IMG/VR virus record: IMGVR_UViG_3300042482_000702
Span: 248,001 to 312,000 of that record
Strand: one strand, 5' to 3'
Length of the DNA: 64,000 nt
Made by a program: the position numbers and the translations under genes. Below the pieces are notes generated by a model. It worked only from the letters and a program-made list of their open reading frames with translations, searched no databases and was not told the origin of the DNA. This document shows, one piece after another, positions 47,112-57,982 of this stretch (positions are counted from its first letter, which is position 1; each line of letters begins with the position of its first letter).

Positions 47112-48719
47112 TTACTTACTTAACACTTTTTCTTTCATTTTATCAGTAGCTGTCTCTATTTTAGTTTTAACACCACCTAATAGGGGACATATAAGAGTAG
47201 ATAAATTTCTCTCAACAGATTGTCCGAAATCGGAATGTTCTACCATTTCAGCCAATGAGTTTCTTAATATATCATAAAACGGACCTGTCATACCAACAGA
47301 TTTTTTAATTTTATCCGCAGCTTCTTCAACAATTGATTTAGTTAGAACAGGCACTAGAAAATTACAATTAGTTAATTTACCGATATCTGTAAGACCAACG
47401 TTACCTACCGCTTTAACAACTATACCACCAATCCATCCATCAGTATCTAACGGTGTTAATTTAGTAATAAGTTGTTTTGCCAAATATTCTTTAAAGTATT
47501 GGAATGTTCCTTCAGCACCAGTTCCGAATAAGCCTTTTAATGCGTCCCAGAATTGCTCGTTAATTAATTGTTCTCTGAATCCTTGAGAATTTAAATAATT
47601 CGATTCAATAAGTATTTCATTGAAGAATTTATCTCTTTGAGATTCTGTTTCAAGTATTCTATTCTCAATTAAAAATTTGGTTCTATTTCCAATAATATTA
47701 GATTCTGTGATTAAATTTTGTTTTTTAAGTTTAGAACTTTGATATAGACTTTCTTTAATCATTGTTTTTAATTCGTTTTGAACTGACTCATTTTGTATTC
47801 CTCCGATGTAAAACAAATAAGGACTTGGTGATGGTAAATATTTGGGTTTATCACCTCTTAATAATTTTACAATGAATTCAAATCTTAATTTATTTCTAAA
47901 TAATTTGAAAGGGTTTTTATCATTAGGAACACCTGGATAATCAGCTTTATCTATTCCGGAGAAACTATTGTACTTACCACTACCATAACAACTATTAATT
48001 TGACCTTGCATTTTTAAAACATCCGGTCTTGCATCTAAATTATTGTATGAGTATTGGAATGCGGAATCTAAATAAGTTTTTAATATGGTATTACAAGTAG
48101 TCTCGTCTAATTTCATATCCACAGTAGTTGGTGTTTCCATTGCTGCTTGTGGTAAATAAATTGAGATGTTCTTCCATCCATAATCAGAATTTAATTGTTC
48201 TGACATATTTGGTTGATACTTGATTTGTAAATCAGAAGTTTTAGCCGGTAATGAGTTTTCAGGTTTTATTTTTAATACTTCTGTACTTTTAAACACATTA
48301 GTTAAAACATCATTCCATTTTTGGAATATGTCCGACACGGCATTTTGGTCAATTAATCCTCGTAATGTTGTTGTAATTTGTTTTGCCTTTTCAGTATCAG
48401 TTTTGGTTATACCAAAATTTGCTAAAATATCATTGTATTTTCCTCCAACGGTATCACAAGACCATCCTCTTTTTTCTTTTGTTGAAATATTTTCAGCAAC
48501 CATTCTTCCACTACCATCAGGAATTAAATCTAAATAAAAAACAATATCTTGATTTTTACTATTTTTACCTGACCAAACTCTCTTATTTTTGTAGTCTGAG
48601 ACAGTACCGCCAACTAACCATTTCGGAAAACATCCCGCACGATTAAATTCAATCAATTTAGCTCTATCGGCAATTTTTGGGTCCGACACTTGTTCTTTTA
48701 TAATCTCTCTCTTTTTCAT
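47112..48719 (-). CDS. Putative head-packaged/ejection protein
   Basis: IIKEQ, LITES, LINEQ motifs; hydrophobic C-terminal helices; start likely MKKREII. Confidence 0.55.
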   Translation of the reverse strand: MKKREIIKEQVSDPKIADRAKLIEFNRAGCFPKWLVGGTVSDYKNKRVWSGKNSKNQDIVFYLDLIPDGSGRMVAENISTKEKRGWSCDTVGGKYNDILANFGITKTDTEKAKQITTTLRGLIDQNAVSDIFQKWNDVLTNVFKSTEVLKIKPENSLPAKTSDLQIKYQPNMSEQLNSDYGWKNISIYLPQAAMETPTTVDMKLDETTCNTILKTYLDSAFQYSYNNLDARPDVLKMQGQINSCYGSGKYNSFSGIDKADYPGVPNDKNPFKLFRNKLRFEFIVKLLRGDKPKYLPSPSPYLFYIGGIQNESVQNELKTMIKESLYQSSKLKKQNLITESNIIGNRTKFLIENRILETESQRDKFFNEILIESNYLNSQGFREQLINEQFWDALKGLFGTGAEGTFQYFKEYLAKQLITKLTPLDTDGWIGGIVVKAVGNVGLTDIGKLTNCNFLVPVLTKSIVEEAADKIKKSVGMTGPFYDILRNSLAEMVEHSDFGQSVERNLSTLICPLLGGVKTKIETATDKMKEKVLSK

Positions 48720-48720
48720 A

Positions 48721-49752
48721 TTAAAATTCATTATTATCAACATTATTTACATAAGCCTCAGCATCAGGTATTGGTCTTTCTTCTGGTGCTGGTGCTGGTC
48801 TTTCTTCTGGTGCCGGAGCTGGTGTTGTTCCACCACATATTTTACTAACATCAGCATCGGTAAATCCATTTGGAAAACCTTTAGCAACTAACGCCGCTTG
48901 TGTTTTAATCCAAAATTTACCGTCTTGGATTAACCCTAAACATGCCTGAACTTGTCCAATAACACCTGTTGGTGATGTTTTACACCCTTTTTTATAAGTA
49001 CCTCTACCTGTACAATCAATATATCTATTTGTACCAGGGGGTGTTACAGGTGGTGTTACAGGTGGTGTTACAGGTAAATCGTCCGGAACTGTGCTCATAG
49101 TTGATAAAATCCACCAAGCAATCAATCCCGCGGCCAAAAGACCGACACCCCATTTAGCAGCGGAAGATTTAACTATTTCTTTAAATGATAACCCTTTCTT
49201 TACCATTACTTCAACTTCTTCAGACCCACCTTCTCTAACAACTTTTTCTAACCCTTCTTTACTAGCCTTAGCAAAGTCGTCGGCACCGGCCTTTATTGTT
49301 TTACTAGCACCTCCTCTAGTTCGTTTGGTAATACCATTAACTATTTGTCTAGAGTTGTTTCTAAGTTGATTTGTAATATTGATAACAATACCCCTATCCG
49401 CCAATTCTTTACTACCCTGTTTTGCCGCTGCTTCAGCCTCTTCTTGAGCTAATCTAATTAATTCCGCTTTAATACCGCTTTTTTGGGTGTCGGTTAATGA
49501 TTGTAAACCCGCTTTTTTCATAACAGATTTTTGAGCTGCGCGTTCTACTGATGAGTAAACTTTTCCTTGTTTTGAAATCACCCCGACACCCTTCATGGCG
49601 GCTTGAACTTCAGCCCTTAAAATAGATAATATTTCTGTTTCGGCCACGTTTTTAAATAAACTACCTAACGCACTTTCGTTTAAAGTGAATTTATTTTCAA
49701 TACCGATAAGTTCCGATATTCTATGTATTTCTGTAATTAAATTTTTTTCCAT
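48721..49752 (-). CDS. TM protein with C-terminal peptidoglycan-binding-like domain
   Basis: TM WGVGLLAAGLIAWWIL; VTPP repeats; QVQACLGLIQDGKFWIKTQAAL. Confidence 0.6.
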   Translation of the reverse strand: MEKNLITEIHRISELIGIENKFTLNESALGSLFKNVAETEILSILRAEVQAAMKGVGVISKQGKVYSSVERAAQKSVMKKAGLQSLTDTQKSGIKAELIRLAQEEAEAAAKQGSKELADRGIVINITNQLRNNSRQIVNGITKRTRGGASKTIKAGADDFAKASKEGLEKVVREGGSEEVEVMVKKGLSFKEIVKSSAAKWGVGLLAAGLIAWWILSTMSTVPDDLPVTPPVTPPVTPPGTNRYIDCTGRGTYKKGCKTSPTGVIGQVQACLGLIQDGKFWIKTQAALVAKGFPNGFTDADVSKICGGTTPAPAPEERPAPAPEERPIPDAEAYVNNVDNNEF

Positions 49753-49773
49753 TTTTATAATATAATAATATTT

Positions 49774-51201
49774 TTATGTTGTTGGTTGTTTTGCAACCTT
49801 TGATAAACTTTTTTTAAGAAAATCAGTACCTTGTTTAGCCATTTTACCCATAGTTTCTTTGGCTTTAGGTGGGATATATTTTGAAATTCCTCTCTCATCC
49901 ATTGTTAGACCCATGGCCATTAAACCACCATTATCTAATTTTCCATCAGTTCTTAATTTTTCGTATTTACCTGTTTCAGGGTCATTATTGAAACAAGTTG
50001 CAAATTTTTTAACACCGTCCTCAGTTTCTTTGGTAAATGTATTTCCGTTAGGTATTTTTGTAATATCAACTTTACACGCAGGAAACATTATATTATGAAT
50101 GTCTCTAAAATACTTATTCACGTTTGAAACATCATCTCCGGTGTCGTTAATTCCTAACACAATTGGTCTAACTAATAATCCAACACCGACACCCGTAACA
50201 ACTGCTGTAACACCTTGTTTAGAAAATAGTTGAGATATAAATGTATCAACACCCTTAATAATAGAATTAAAACCTGAGATTACTTTAGTAACGATTGTTT
50301 TTGCTCCCGGAATATGTTTAATAATTAAATTACCAAATGATGATAGTGATGATGAAATGCCCGGTAAAGATTTTGATAATTTTGTTAGGGTATTTTTCAA
50401 AAATCCACTAGCCGGTTTACCCGCTTTGACCGCTCTTAAAGCAGTCTTAGTTGTAAGACCTGCGGCAGCGGCAAATACAAATGAAATTAAATCAATTAAT
50501 AACCCTGAATACGGGTCTTGTTGTCTTTCGGGGTCAGCTGGGTCAAAATTACCTGAAATAATCTCAAATACATCTAAAATAACTATCATTGCCCAAACTA
50601 ATTTATTTGCTCCCGTTGTAACAGGTATCATTGCCGTTACAACATCTATAACAGTCCCCGCTACGGTATAAACATTTTTTCTTATCCATCTTAATGCCGG
50701 TAAAAACCCATTCATTAAGGCTTTCTTGGCTAACTCAGCCGCACCACTCGCAATGGTACTACCAACTTTTTTGGTTGCATTCCAAGCCGACTTAGCGGTA
50801 TTTTTTATCCAATCTGATTGTTCATTAATTAATTCATCATCATTAATTAAAGATAACGACTCTAAAAATAAATCTTTAGTCCATCTAATAGAATTTAAAA
50901 CACTTTCTTCAATAATATTAGCACTATTTTTATAATTTTCTTTAATTATTTCATTAATAACCCAAGTATTTTCCCATATATTACCAATAAAACCTAATTC
51001 TTTAGAAATTAAATTATCCGCCCAAATTAAATATTTTTCATCTTCAGTAATGACAAAATCAAAAACATAACCTTCCTCAATCATTGGTAAAAATTCTTGA
51101 TTTTCAGTTAAAGTTTTTCTACTATCATAGTTCATCATAAGAAGAGCGCGATTAAGGACTTCATTCCTTTCATTTAAATTATATTTGTTATTATAAGCCA
51201 T
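49774..51201 (-). CDS. Multi-helical hydrophobic protein with PG-binding-like C-terminus
   Basis: N-terminus paralogous to 51191 (LNE...RxLLMMxYDxxKTLxEN); GDDV...FTKETEDGVKKF...DG. Confidence 0.55.
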   Translation of the reverse strand: MAYNNKYNLNERNEVLNRALLMMNYDSRKTLTENQEFLPMIEEGYVFDFVITEDEKYLIWADNLISKELGFIGNIWENTWVINEIIKENYKNSANIIEESVLNSIRWTKDLFLESLSLINDDELINEQSDWIKNTAKSAWNATKKVGSTIASGAAELAKKALMNGFLPALRWIRKNVYTVAGTVIDVVTAMIPVTTGANKLVWAMIVILDVFEIISGNFDPADPERQQDPYSGLLIDLISFVFAAAAGLTTKTALRAVKAGKPASGFLKNTLTKLSKSLPGISSSLSSFGNLIIKHIPGAKTIVTKVISGFNSIIKGVDTFISQLFSKQGVTAVVTGVGVGLLVRPIVLGINDTGDDVSNVNKYFRDIHNIMFPACKVDITKIPNGNTFTKETEDGVKKFATCFNNDPETGKYEKLRTDGKLDNGGLMAMGLTMDERGISKYIPPKAKETMGKMAKQGTDFLKKSLSKVAKQPTT

Positions 51202-51727
51202 ACCTAGATTTAACAACACAAAGGTTGTTTTTTTTATTTTTAGGGTCTTGACACCAAGTTTGTATTTGAGTTTTAACAGGATTAATAACTGAATCTTTTA
51301 AATCATCTGCAAACCATTCACCTTCAATTGCTTCCCAAAATGTTTCACCTCCTACAGCAGGATACGATTTAATCATTGCAACACTATTCGGTAATATGTT
51401 AAATGTTTTTGAAATAATGGAGGGTAATCCTTGGTCAGGGTCCATATCTCTCGTAATACTACCAATACCTCTCTTTCTATCATTACTAATAGCCATAAAA
51501 AACGCTTTAGCATTTACCTCAGGCTTTATTGTTGGGTTTCCAAAAATATTAGGAATTTGCTCAGGATGAGCCATAAAACTTTTGGTTAAATTTGTGAAAT
51601 ATTCATCTTCAGTTTGTTCAAATATTAAAGAAGTATTTTCAACTAAAGTTTTTTTATTATCATATTTCATCATAAGAAGAACTCGTTTAAGAGCATCGTT
51701 CCCCTCATTTAAATTAAATTTTTCCAT
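51191..51727 (-). CDS. Hypothetical protein, LNE-motif family
   Basis: ORF; shared N-terminal motif. Confidence 0.6.
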   Translation of the reverse strand: MEKFNLNEGNDALKRVLLMMKYDNKKTLVENTSLIFEQTEDEYFTNLTKSFMAHPEQIPNIFGNPTIKPEVNAKAFFMAISNDRKRGIGSITRDMDPDQGLPSIISKTFNILPNSVAMIKSYPAVGGETFWEAIEGEWFADDLKDSVINPVKTQIQTWCQDPKNKKNNLCVVKSRYGL

Positions 51728-51787
51728 ATTATTGTTTTGTTATAAATATCATTAATAATATAAATATTATTTTATTTTAATAAACCA

Positions 51788-52030
51788 TTACGTTAATGGG
51801 TTTGCCTTTCCCCTCGTTAACCCTGATTCCCATTTTTCACCTTTTAATCCTAACATATTTGCTGGACCTCTAGTTAAACCTGTTGTCCATTTTGTTACGG
51901 TATTAGTTGAACCACCCTCGGAACTAGCACCATCGACAGGAGCTTCTTCTTGTTCCCCAAGTTCTTCATTTGAATTTGTTGTTGTGTATTCTTTCATTAA
52001 AGAAATAATACGGTCAATATCTGTAATCAT
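51788..52030 (-). CDS. Small protein with duplicated KWxxGLTRGxAN
   Basis: Internal repeat. Confidence 0.6.
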   Translation of the reverse strand: MITDIDRIISLMKEYTTTNSNEELGEQEEAPVDGASSEGGSTNTVTKWTTGLTRGPANMLGLKGEKWESGLTRGKANPLT

Positions 52031-52035
52031 ATTTG

Positions 52036-52344
52036 TTAAAATAGTTGGGTATTGGGTAATCTTTTAGGGTAAATTAGGTAATATTCATTTAAAAATGATA
52101 TTATTTCTTCTTCTTCAAAATCTTCATCAAAAAACTCATCAAAATAATCTTCCTCTTCCTCTTCCTCTTCATAAAAATTATCGGACTTATTTTGGGTTAA
52201 TATATATCCAAATGTTTTAGATTCTTCTAAATCTATTTGGTCTGTTCTAATTTCATCCTCATTATCGGAATGAATTCTAAATGTAACTTCTAAAGTTTGA
52301 GATGTTTCATTTATATAAAATGATTCTAATTCTTTAATTTCCAT
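52036..52344 (-). CDS. Acidic hypothetical protein
   Basis: ORF track. Confidence 0.6.
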   Translation of the reverse strand: MEIKELESFYINETSQTLEVTFRIHSDNEDEIRTDQIDLEESKTFGYILTQNKSDNFYEEEEEEEDYFDEFFDEDFEEEEIISFLNEYYLIYPKRLPNTQLF

Positions 52345-52410
52345 TATATTCTATTTTTCATTGTAAAATGCGTCGTGGAATTCACCTCTTCGCTTATATA
52401 GATTTTTTTT

Positions 52411-52788
52411 TTAATTGATTGGTAAATTTGGGGATGTTAAAACATCAATCATTTCTGATAATCTTTCCGATTCTATTTCACTTTGAAATCCTTTTGTATA
52501 CCAATTACAATCACCTTTAATACACGATTGTTTTAATTTAAATTGCACGATAATTTTATTACTAGGTTTTAAAACTTTTAAGACAGCACCATCTTTCTTA
52601 AATTCAAAAAAGAAATTTCCCGCTCCTTGTATTTTTTTAACTAATACTTTTCTACCTCCGGTGTTATTGGCATCGGTGTATCCCCTACTTCTTAATTTTG
52701 TTTCCAAATTTGAATTGGATTGTTCATTAATAAGTCGTTTTATAATACTAATTAAATCACTTTCTTTTAATCTAATAATTTTTTTCAT
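52411..52788 (-). CDS. Hypothetical protein, INEQ-motif family
   Basis: MKKIIRLKESDL...LINEQ. Confidence 0.6.
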   Translation of the reverse strand: MKKIIRLKESDLISIIKRLINEQSNSNLETKLRSRGYTDANNTGGRKVLVKKIQGAGNFFFEFKKDGAVLKVLKPSNKIIVQFKLKQSCIKGDCNWYTKGFQSEIESERLSEMIDVLTSPNLPIN

Positions 52789-52789
52789 A

Positions 52790-53422
52790 TTAATTATATT
52801 TCATAAATCTTTTGAACATATCTAAAGATTCGGTAATGTTTGAAATGATGTCATCTTGTTCACCTTGTTCAAACTCATCAACCTCATCTTCAAGACCAAA
52901 TAAATCCATAATATTTAAATCAAAATCGTCATCACTATCATCAGGATTGGTTAACGCCATTATATCGTCATCATCGTCAAATAATTCATCGTCTAATTCC
53001 TCAAAATCATCATCTTCAAATGTTCCGTGGTCTAAATCATCATCACCATCACCAATCATATCTAATTGTTCCCCTAATGAAACATAATGTCCTTCGTCTT
53101 CTTCACTTTCAAAGGATTCTTCCGGTTCATATTGAGAACCTGGTGATATATGTCCTTGTTCCTTTGGTTCTTCATCAGAAAATAATCCAGTACTTTTTCC
53201 GTCGGCATGCATTTCGTTAATTTTCATAGTTTTATATGATGAAACTTCGCCTTTATTGTTAACGGTAACACCTTCTTTATCGTTTGCGTAATCTTGCGTA
53301 TATAAAGGTTGGTTTTTCTCTGGTTGAGCGTAACTAGTTACGTATCCATCATAAATCTCTTTATGTTGGTCAAGGATATTATTTCTTTCCTCGTTGGTCA
53401 TTTTGAAAAAATATGCATTCAT
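52790..53422 (-). CDS. Acidic hypothetical protein
   Basis: EERNNILDQH N-terminus; NITES C-terminus. Confidence 0.6.
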   Translation of the reverse strand: MNAYFFKMTNEERNNILDQHKEIYDGYVTSYAQPEKNQPLYTQDYANDKEGVTVNNKGEVSSYKTMKINEMHADGKSTGLFSDEEPKEQGHISPGSQYEPEESFESEEDEGHYVSLGEQLDMIGDGDDDLDHGTFEDDDFEELDDELFDDDDDIMALTNPDDSDDDFDLNIMDLFGLEDEVDEFEQGEQDDIISNITESLDMFKRFMKYN

Positions 53423-53453
53423 AATTTTTGGTTTTTATATATAAATATATTGT

Positions 53454-54059
53454 TTAATGTAAGTGTATGTAATTTTCAAGAACTTTTGATGAATAAACTC
53501 TAAGATACTTATTAAGATTTTCTAAAGTATCTTCTATACCTTTAGATTCTAAAACATTAATAACCCCATTTATCATTTCTGCTTGGGCTTGGTTAGCTAA
53601 ATCTAAAACTTGGTTAAATGCTTCTTCATTGTGAATATCCTTATATTTAAATTCGTGTTCAATTCGTTCTTTACCCATATAAAGATATGGTGCTGCCCCA
53701 AACATATTAACAATTGCCGACTTTTTAATTAATATAAGGTATTTGTATAAAAATTTCATATTAAATGATTTAAATACATCCCCATTTTTACCTAATAAAA
53801 TATCAAAACTTTTGTTAGATGTTTGTTCTTTTATCTTCTTTTTTTCCCCTTGTTTTTTTAATGGTTCAAAACCCCACATATCCTCACCACCTATTAACAT
53901 TAACGTACTACCATTATCCCAATTAACACTATAATGGTCTTCACCAAATATGTGTTGGGCTTTGGTGACCGTTCCATAAGTATTTACCGGTATTGAATAT
54001 TCGTTGGGCATATAGTAGAGACACACTCTATCACCGACTTTTAATCTAGGGTTTAACAT
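53454..54059 (-). CDS. Protein with N-terminal DUF4314-like SH3 domain
   Basis: LKVGDRV.L..M......P..T.GTV....VNWDNGSTL.LI.GED. Confidence 0.6.
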   Translation of the reverse strand: MLNPRLKVGDRVCLYYMPNEYSIPVNTYGTVTKAQHIFGEDHYSVNWDNGSTLMLIGGEDMWGFEPLKKQGEKKKIKEQTSNKSFDILLGKNGDVFKSFNMKFLYKYLILIKKSAIVNMFGAAPYLYMGKERIEHEFKYKDIHNEEAFNQVLDLANQAQAEMINGVINVLESKGIEDTLENLNKYLRVYSSKVLENYIHLH

Positions 54060-54111
54060 ATTTTTATTGATTCTATTTAACAATAAATATAATTAAAGTA
54101 TTTATTATCAT

Positions 54112-54741
54112 ATGAAAAGGTTATTAATAATTAACGAGCAACAAAAAAAATTGATTTTAACTGAATCAATTATCAATGAATTTACAAAATCAATAGAAGA
54201 AGGGTATGACTATACCTCTAAAGTATTGAAAGAAGTGAATGAAAATTATAAATTAAATTTTGAGTTTCTTATAACCTGGGGAGCTAGTATTGGAGGTTTT
54301 ATCTCTCCAATAAGTGAATTTTTGCAAGGTAGATTCCCTGAAATTTCTGATTTAGATTTGAGTTTAATTTTAACGGGTATTATTGCGGTTAATTATATTG
54401 ATAATAGAAAAAGTGTAGAAAAAGTACTTAAACTAATTAGAGAGGAGGGATTATCCGATATTTTTAAAGTTGGGTTAGATAAATCAATTGAGTTGAAAGA
54501 GGTTATGTTTAAATTTTTAGAGAGTTTGAATATAACATTATTTAAAATCACAAAAATGATGTCTTATGCTTTTATCATACCTATTTTAGTTATGTTATAT
54601 ACAATGGTGATAAATAAACAAATTAATGAGTCTGATGCTAAAGAAATAACTTTAAGAATTTTAGGTAGTGGATTAGTTAATGTTGGTGGAATTATGATAA
54701 AAGATTTAATTAGTAAATTAATTGCTCGTTTTAAAGGTTAA
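54112..54741 (+). CDS. Membrane protein, INE-motif family
   Basis: Several hydrophobic helices; TATTTAT upstream. Confidence 0.6.
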   Translation: MKRLLIINEQQKKLILTESIINEFTKSIEEGYDYTSKVLKEVNENYKLNFEFLITWGASIGGFISPISEFLQGRFPEISDLDLSLILTGIIAVNYIDNRKSVEKVLKLIREEGLSDIFKVGLDKSIELKEVMFKFLESLNITLFKITKMMSYAFIIPILVMLYTMVINKQINESDAKEITLRILGSGLVNVGGIMIKDLISKLIARFKG

Positions 54742-55505
54742 AATTCTCCATTAATAAAATCACACATTTTACCACTAAAAGTGCTCTGACTAACGTAATT
54801 ATAACTATCAATCGGAATATCATTTATAGTTCCCATGTTAACATATGTGTGAGTCCAAATTTCACAATCCATTAATTTCATATATTCATTTGTTTCATCC
54901 CAAATAGCTTCATCCAGACTTTGTTTAATAGTATCCATTTCCACAATATATCCGGTTATCATCCCAAGTATTTCTTCGTTTGTTATATTAATTAACACAC
55001 CATCCAACGCAATTCCGATGCAATCCAGTGTGATATTACTAACAATACCATCATCAATGTACATATCGGAACCATAATATCTTAAATATAATTTTAATAT
55101 TCTTTTTTGATTTCCACAATAAAAATATGTTTCAACAGATTTTACAGTGTTAGCTTTAAACAATTCGTGAGCTTTATCTTCAAACCATTTCGGAATATAA
55201 CCCCCATATCTTTCAATTTTTTTAACACCCAAATATGTATCATTATGATTTCCTTTAACTTTCCCAAAATCAATACCGATAAATTCACAAGCACTTTCTA
55301 TTATATGGTTTGATTTACAATGAAAATAATCCCATAACCACGGAATGTCTTTTTGCTCATAATTTATATATAAATCATAATCAAATATTAATTTATCATC
55401 ATTAATTCTTGATTCTTTAATATCAAAATTAAATTTGAAACTATCTACCTTGTTGGTACTTCTAGTTAGATACATTTTTAATGCGGTTGCGTCTGATTGG
55501 GTCAT
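54738..55505 (-). CDS. Hypothetical protein
   Basis: ORF track. Confidence 0.6.
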   Translation of the reverse strand: MTQSDATALKMYLTRSTNKVDSFKFNFDIKESRINDDKLIFDYDLYINYEQKDIPWLWDYFHCKSNHIIESACEFIGIDFGKVKGNHNDTYLGVKKIERYGGYIPKWFEDKAHELFKANTVKSVETYFYCGNQKRILKLYLRYYGSDMYIDDGIVSNITLDCIGIALDGVLINITNEEILGMITGYIVEMDTIKQSLDEAIWDETNEYMKLMDCEIWTHTYVNMGTINDIPIDSYNYVSQSTFSGKMCDFINGEF

Positions 55506-56458
55506 TACTTATTTAATAATGTGTTTATTACGATTTTCACTTCTTCATCGTTTAAATTGTGAATTTCTTTATGAGTGTCGAACCAATCTTGAATAACCTG
55601 TTTATATGGTAATTTTCTTAATTTAGCGACTCTTCTAAATCCGACTCTTTGAGATTTAATTTCTTGGGGTTGTAGATAATATTCGATACCTTTTGGTGGT
55701 TCATTATAAACATGCTCACCTTTAAAATATTGGTGTAAATGTTCTAATTCGTGAGCAATAATATCATTTAATTCTCCAATAATATTGTAGAAATTTTTCT
55801 TTAATGTTTTAGGATTAAACCTAATTAATAATTCTATAACATCATTTTCAGCATGGTTAGCATTTGTCTCATAACCCTCCAATTCATTATCTATTTTAAG
55901 TGTTAAATCCACCGTATAACTAAAAGGTAAATTTGTAAACATATATTCGTCATCATTATTTGGTAAACGAAATTCACCAGATTTACCATCCTTTAATTTA
56001 TACACCACATCCTTAACCGTTGTTCTAACTGCCACCCGACTCATTCTTGATTCAGTAATATTTTCAGATTTAGGTAAATCAAAACTAAGATTATTAATTG
56101 TTATTCTAACATAATCATTATCAAAAAATCTTAAATAACTTGCAATTGCCTGATTTAACCCATTATAAAAAGGGTATAGTTGAGTTTTAAACATTTTTTC
56201 AAAATCAAAATGCTTGTTATTTTCATCAAACCCAAACACTAATCTAGATAATGGGTCATTAAGACCGGTAATTGTCACATCAATTAATAAATAATCATAA
56301 TATTCACCAACGCTTATCATTTGTTTAACACCGGTTATTTTAAATCTATATTCTATATTTATAATAGTTGTTGCCCCAGGAATTAATTCACCACTGTATT
56401 TAAAGGTTTTATCCCCTACCAACTCATTAATTTTTTCTATTAAATTTTGACTTATCAT
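55505..56458 (-). CDS. Protein with C-terminal HExxH zincin-like motif
   Basis: IIAHELEHLHQ...YYLQPQE. Confidence 0.6.
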   Translation of the reverse strand: MISQNLIEKINELVGDKTFKYSGELIPGATTIINIEYRFKITGVKQMISVGEYYDYLLIDVTITGLNDPLSRLVFGFDENNKHFDFEKMFKTQLYPFYNGLNQAIASYLRFFDNDYVRITINNLSFDLPKSENITESRMSRVAVRTTVKDVVYKLKDGKSGEFRLPNNDDEYMFTNLPFSYTVDLTLKIDNELEGYETNANHAENDVIELLIRFNPKTLKKNFYNIIGELNDIIAHELEHLHQYFKGEHVYNEPPKGIEYYLQPQEIKSQRVGFRRVAKLRKLPYKQVIQDWFDTHKEIHNLNDEEVKIVINTLLNK

Positions 56459-56718
56459 ACCTATAAATACTTTTATTATTAATTAATTTAGTTATATTGA
56501 TAATAAAATAGATTATTATGTCACATTATAAAGAATTACTTAATTGGATTGAGTCAGAGCAGGAGAAATTTCCGGATGAAGATATTCAAAATGCTGAAAT
56601 GGTTGCGTACGCAACTTTAGAATTAGTTAAAAGAAAAATAATGGAATTGGAAGAAAACAATGAAAATCATAAATAATTACATTTATGACGATATTTATAA
56701 TATAAAATTAATTCAGTT

Positions 56719-57231
56719 ATGAAAAAAATAGTTATAAACGAAAAAGAACTTCGTAAATCAATTAGACAACACCTATTGGAGCAATCACAGGTAGACGCTA
56801 AAGACAATAGAGAAGAAAAACAAAGATGTGTTGCCGGTAATGTTATTCCGTTAGACACAATGATTGGCCCATCCAAAAATTTTAACAATTATACTTCTAC
56901 CGTTCTTAAAAGAGATGGTGGTATTCACGGAATGGTTGATACTTTAGATATGTTAAAAACATTAAGATTACACCAAGGAATCGAAGATTCTGGAGAACAT
57001 TTATCGTACAATCTAATGAACCATTTAAATACTTTTAGAAATAAAAATTATTTTGACGAAACAAACAGTGAATGTCAAAAAGCTATGGATAAAGTTATTG
57101 AATTGTATAAAGAAAATGACCACGGTGAAGACCTTGTTAAAGACATTGAAAAGGTGTTAAGACATCCTGACCCTTCACCTAGAGCTAAAGAATACCTTAA
57201 AAGATGTTTAATCTTAGTTAAGGAAAAATAA
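56719..57231 (+). CDS. Hypothetical protein, INE/LLEQ-motif family
   Basis: ORF with TATTTATA upstream. Confidence 0.6.
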   Translation: MKKIVINEKELRKSIRQHLLEQSQVDAKDNREEKQRCVAGNVIPLDTMIGPSKNFNNYTSTVLKRDGGIHGMVDTLDMLKTLRLHQGIEDSGEHLSYNLMNHLNTFRNKNYFDETNSECQKAMDKVIELYKENDHGEDLVKDIEKVLRHPDPSPRAKEYLKRCLILVKEK

Positions 57232-57346
57232 ACCTCATTTAATTGGGGACATTTAGGACCGTTATCAGTGATGGTAACAAAATAAAGGGGAAGTTCGCTA
57301 CTATCCCCTTTTTTATTTTTTGTGATATTTATGAATAAAAAGTATC

Positions 57347-57982
57347 ATGAAAAAACACATAATCACCGAACAAGAAAAAAATAGAATACTTAAATTACAT
57401 TTAAGTGAAAAAAATATTAACGAGGATTTAACATCTTATTACGGTGGAGATGAATTTAAAAAAATGTTAGATAAAATGAGTGAACCGAGTCCAATGTTTG
57501 ACTACACCTCTGAAACTTCTTTATCTCCAAAAAAGTTTAATGAATTTTATGATAAAATAGAGGGAAAATTATTTGCATCATTTGGGGGTTTAGGTAAATA
57601 TGTTGAATTTATTAGGGATTATCCCGCGTCACCTGAAATGAATTTAATTTTAAAAAAACATCCCGTGATTGATACGTTTTCATCTTATGATGACTATAAA
57701 AATTCGCCATATTATGAAATGTCAGAAATTTTTTTTAAACCTAATAGGTATCATACTGAAAACGATAAACGCAGGTCTTTTGACCATTTTATAGATAAAT
57801 TTGGAGACCTTATAATTAAAAAAGGGGGCGACTTTAATAAAGAAAATGTTAAAACATATAGAGATAAAACAGAAAAAATGTCACCTGAAGATAAAACCCG
57901 AGAATACACAGTAGGTATTAACAAAGTTCATCAAAATTTTGATGATGAAGGAAATGTTATCAGTAGAAAAAACATTAATTAA
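57347..57982 (+). CDS. Hypothetical protein, ITEQ/INE-motif family
   Basis: MKKHIITEQEKNRILKLH. Confidence 0.6.
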   Translation: MKKHIITEQEKNRILKLHLSEKNINEDLTSYYGGDEFKKMLDKMSEPSPMFDYTSETSLSPKKFNEFYDKIEGKLFASFGGLGKYVEFIRDYPASPEMNLILKKHPVIDTFSSYDDYKNSPYYEMSEIFFKPNRYHTENDKRRSFDHFIDKFGDLIIKKGGDFNKENVKTYRDKTEKMSPEDKTREYTVGINKVHQNFDDEGNVISRKNIN

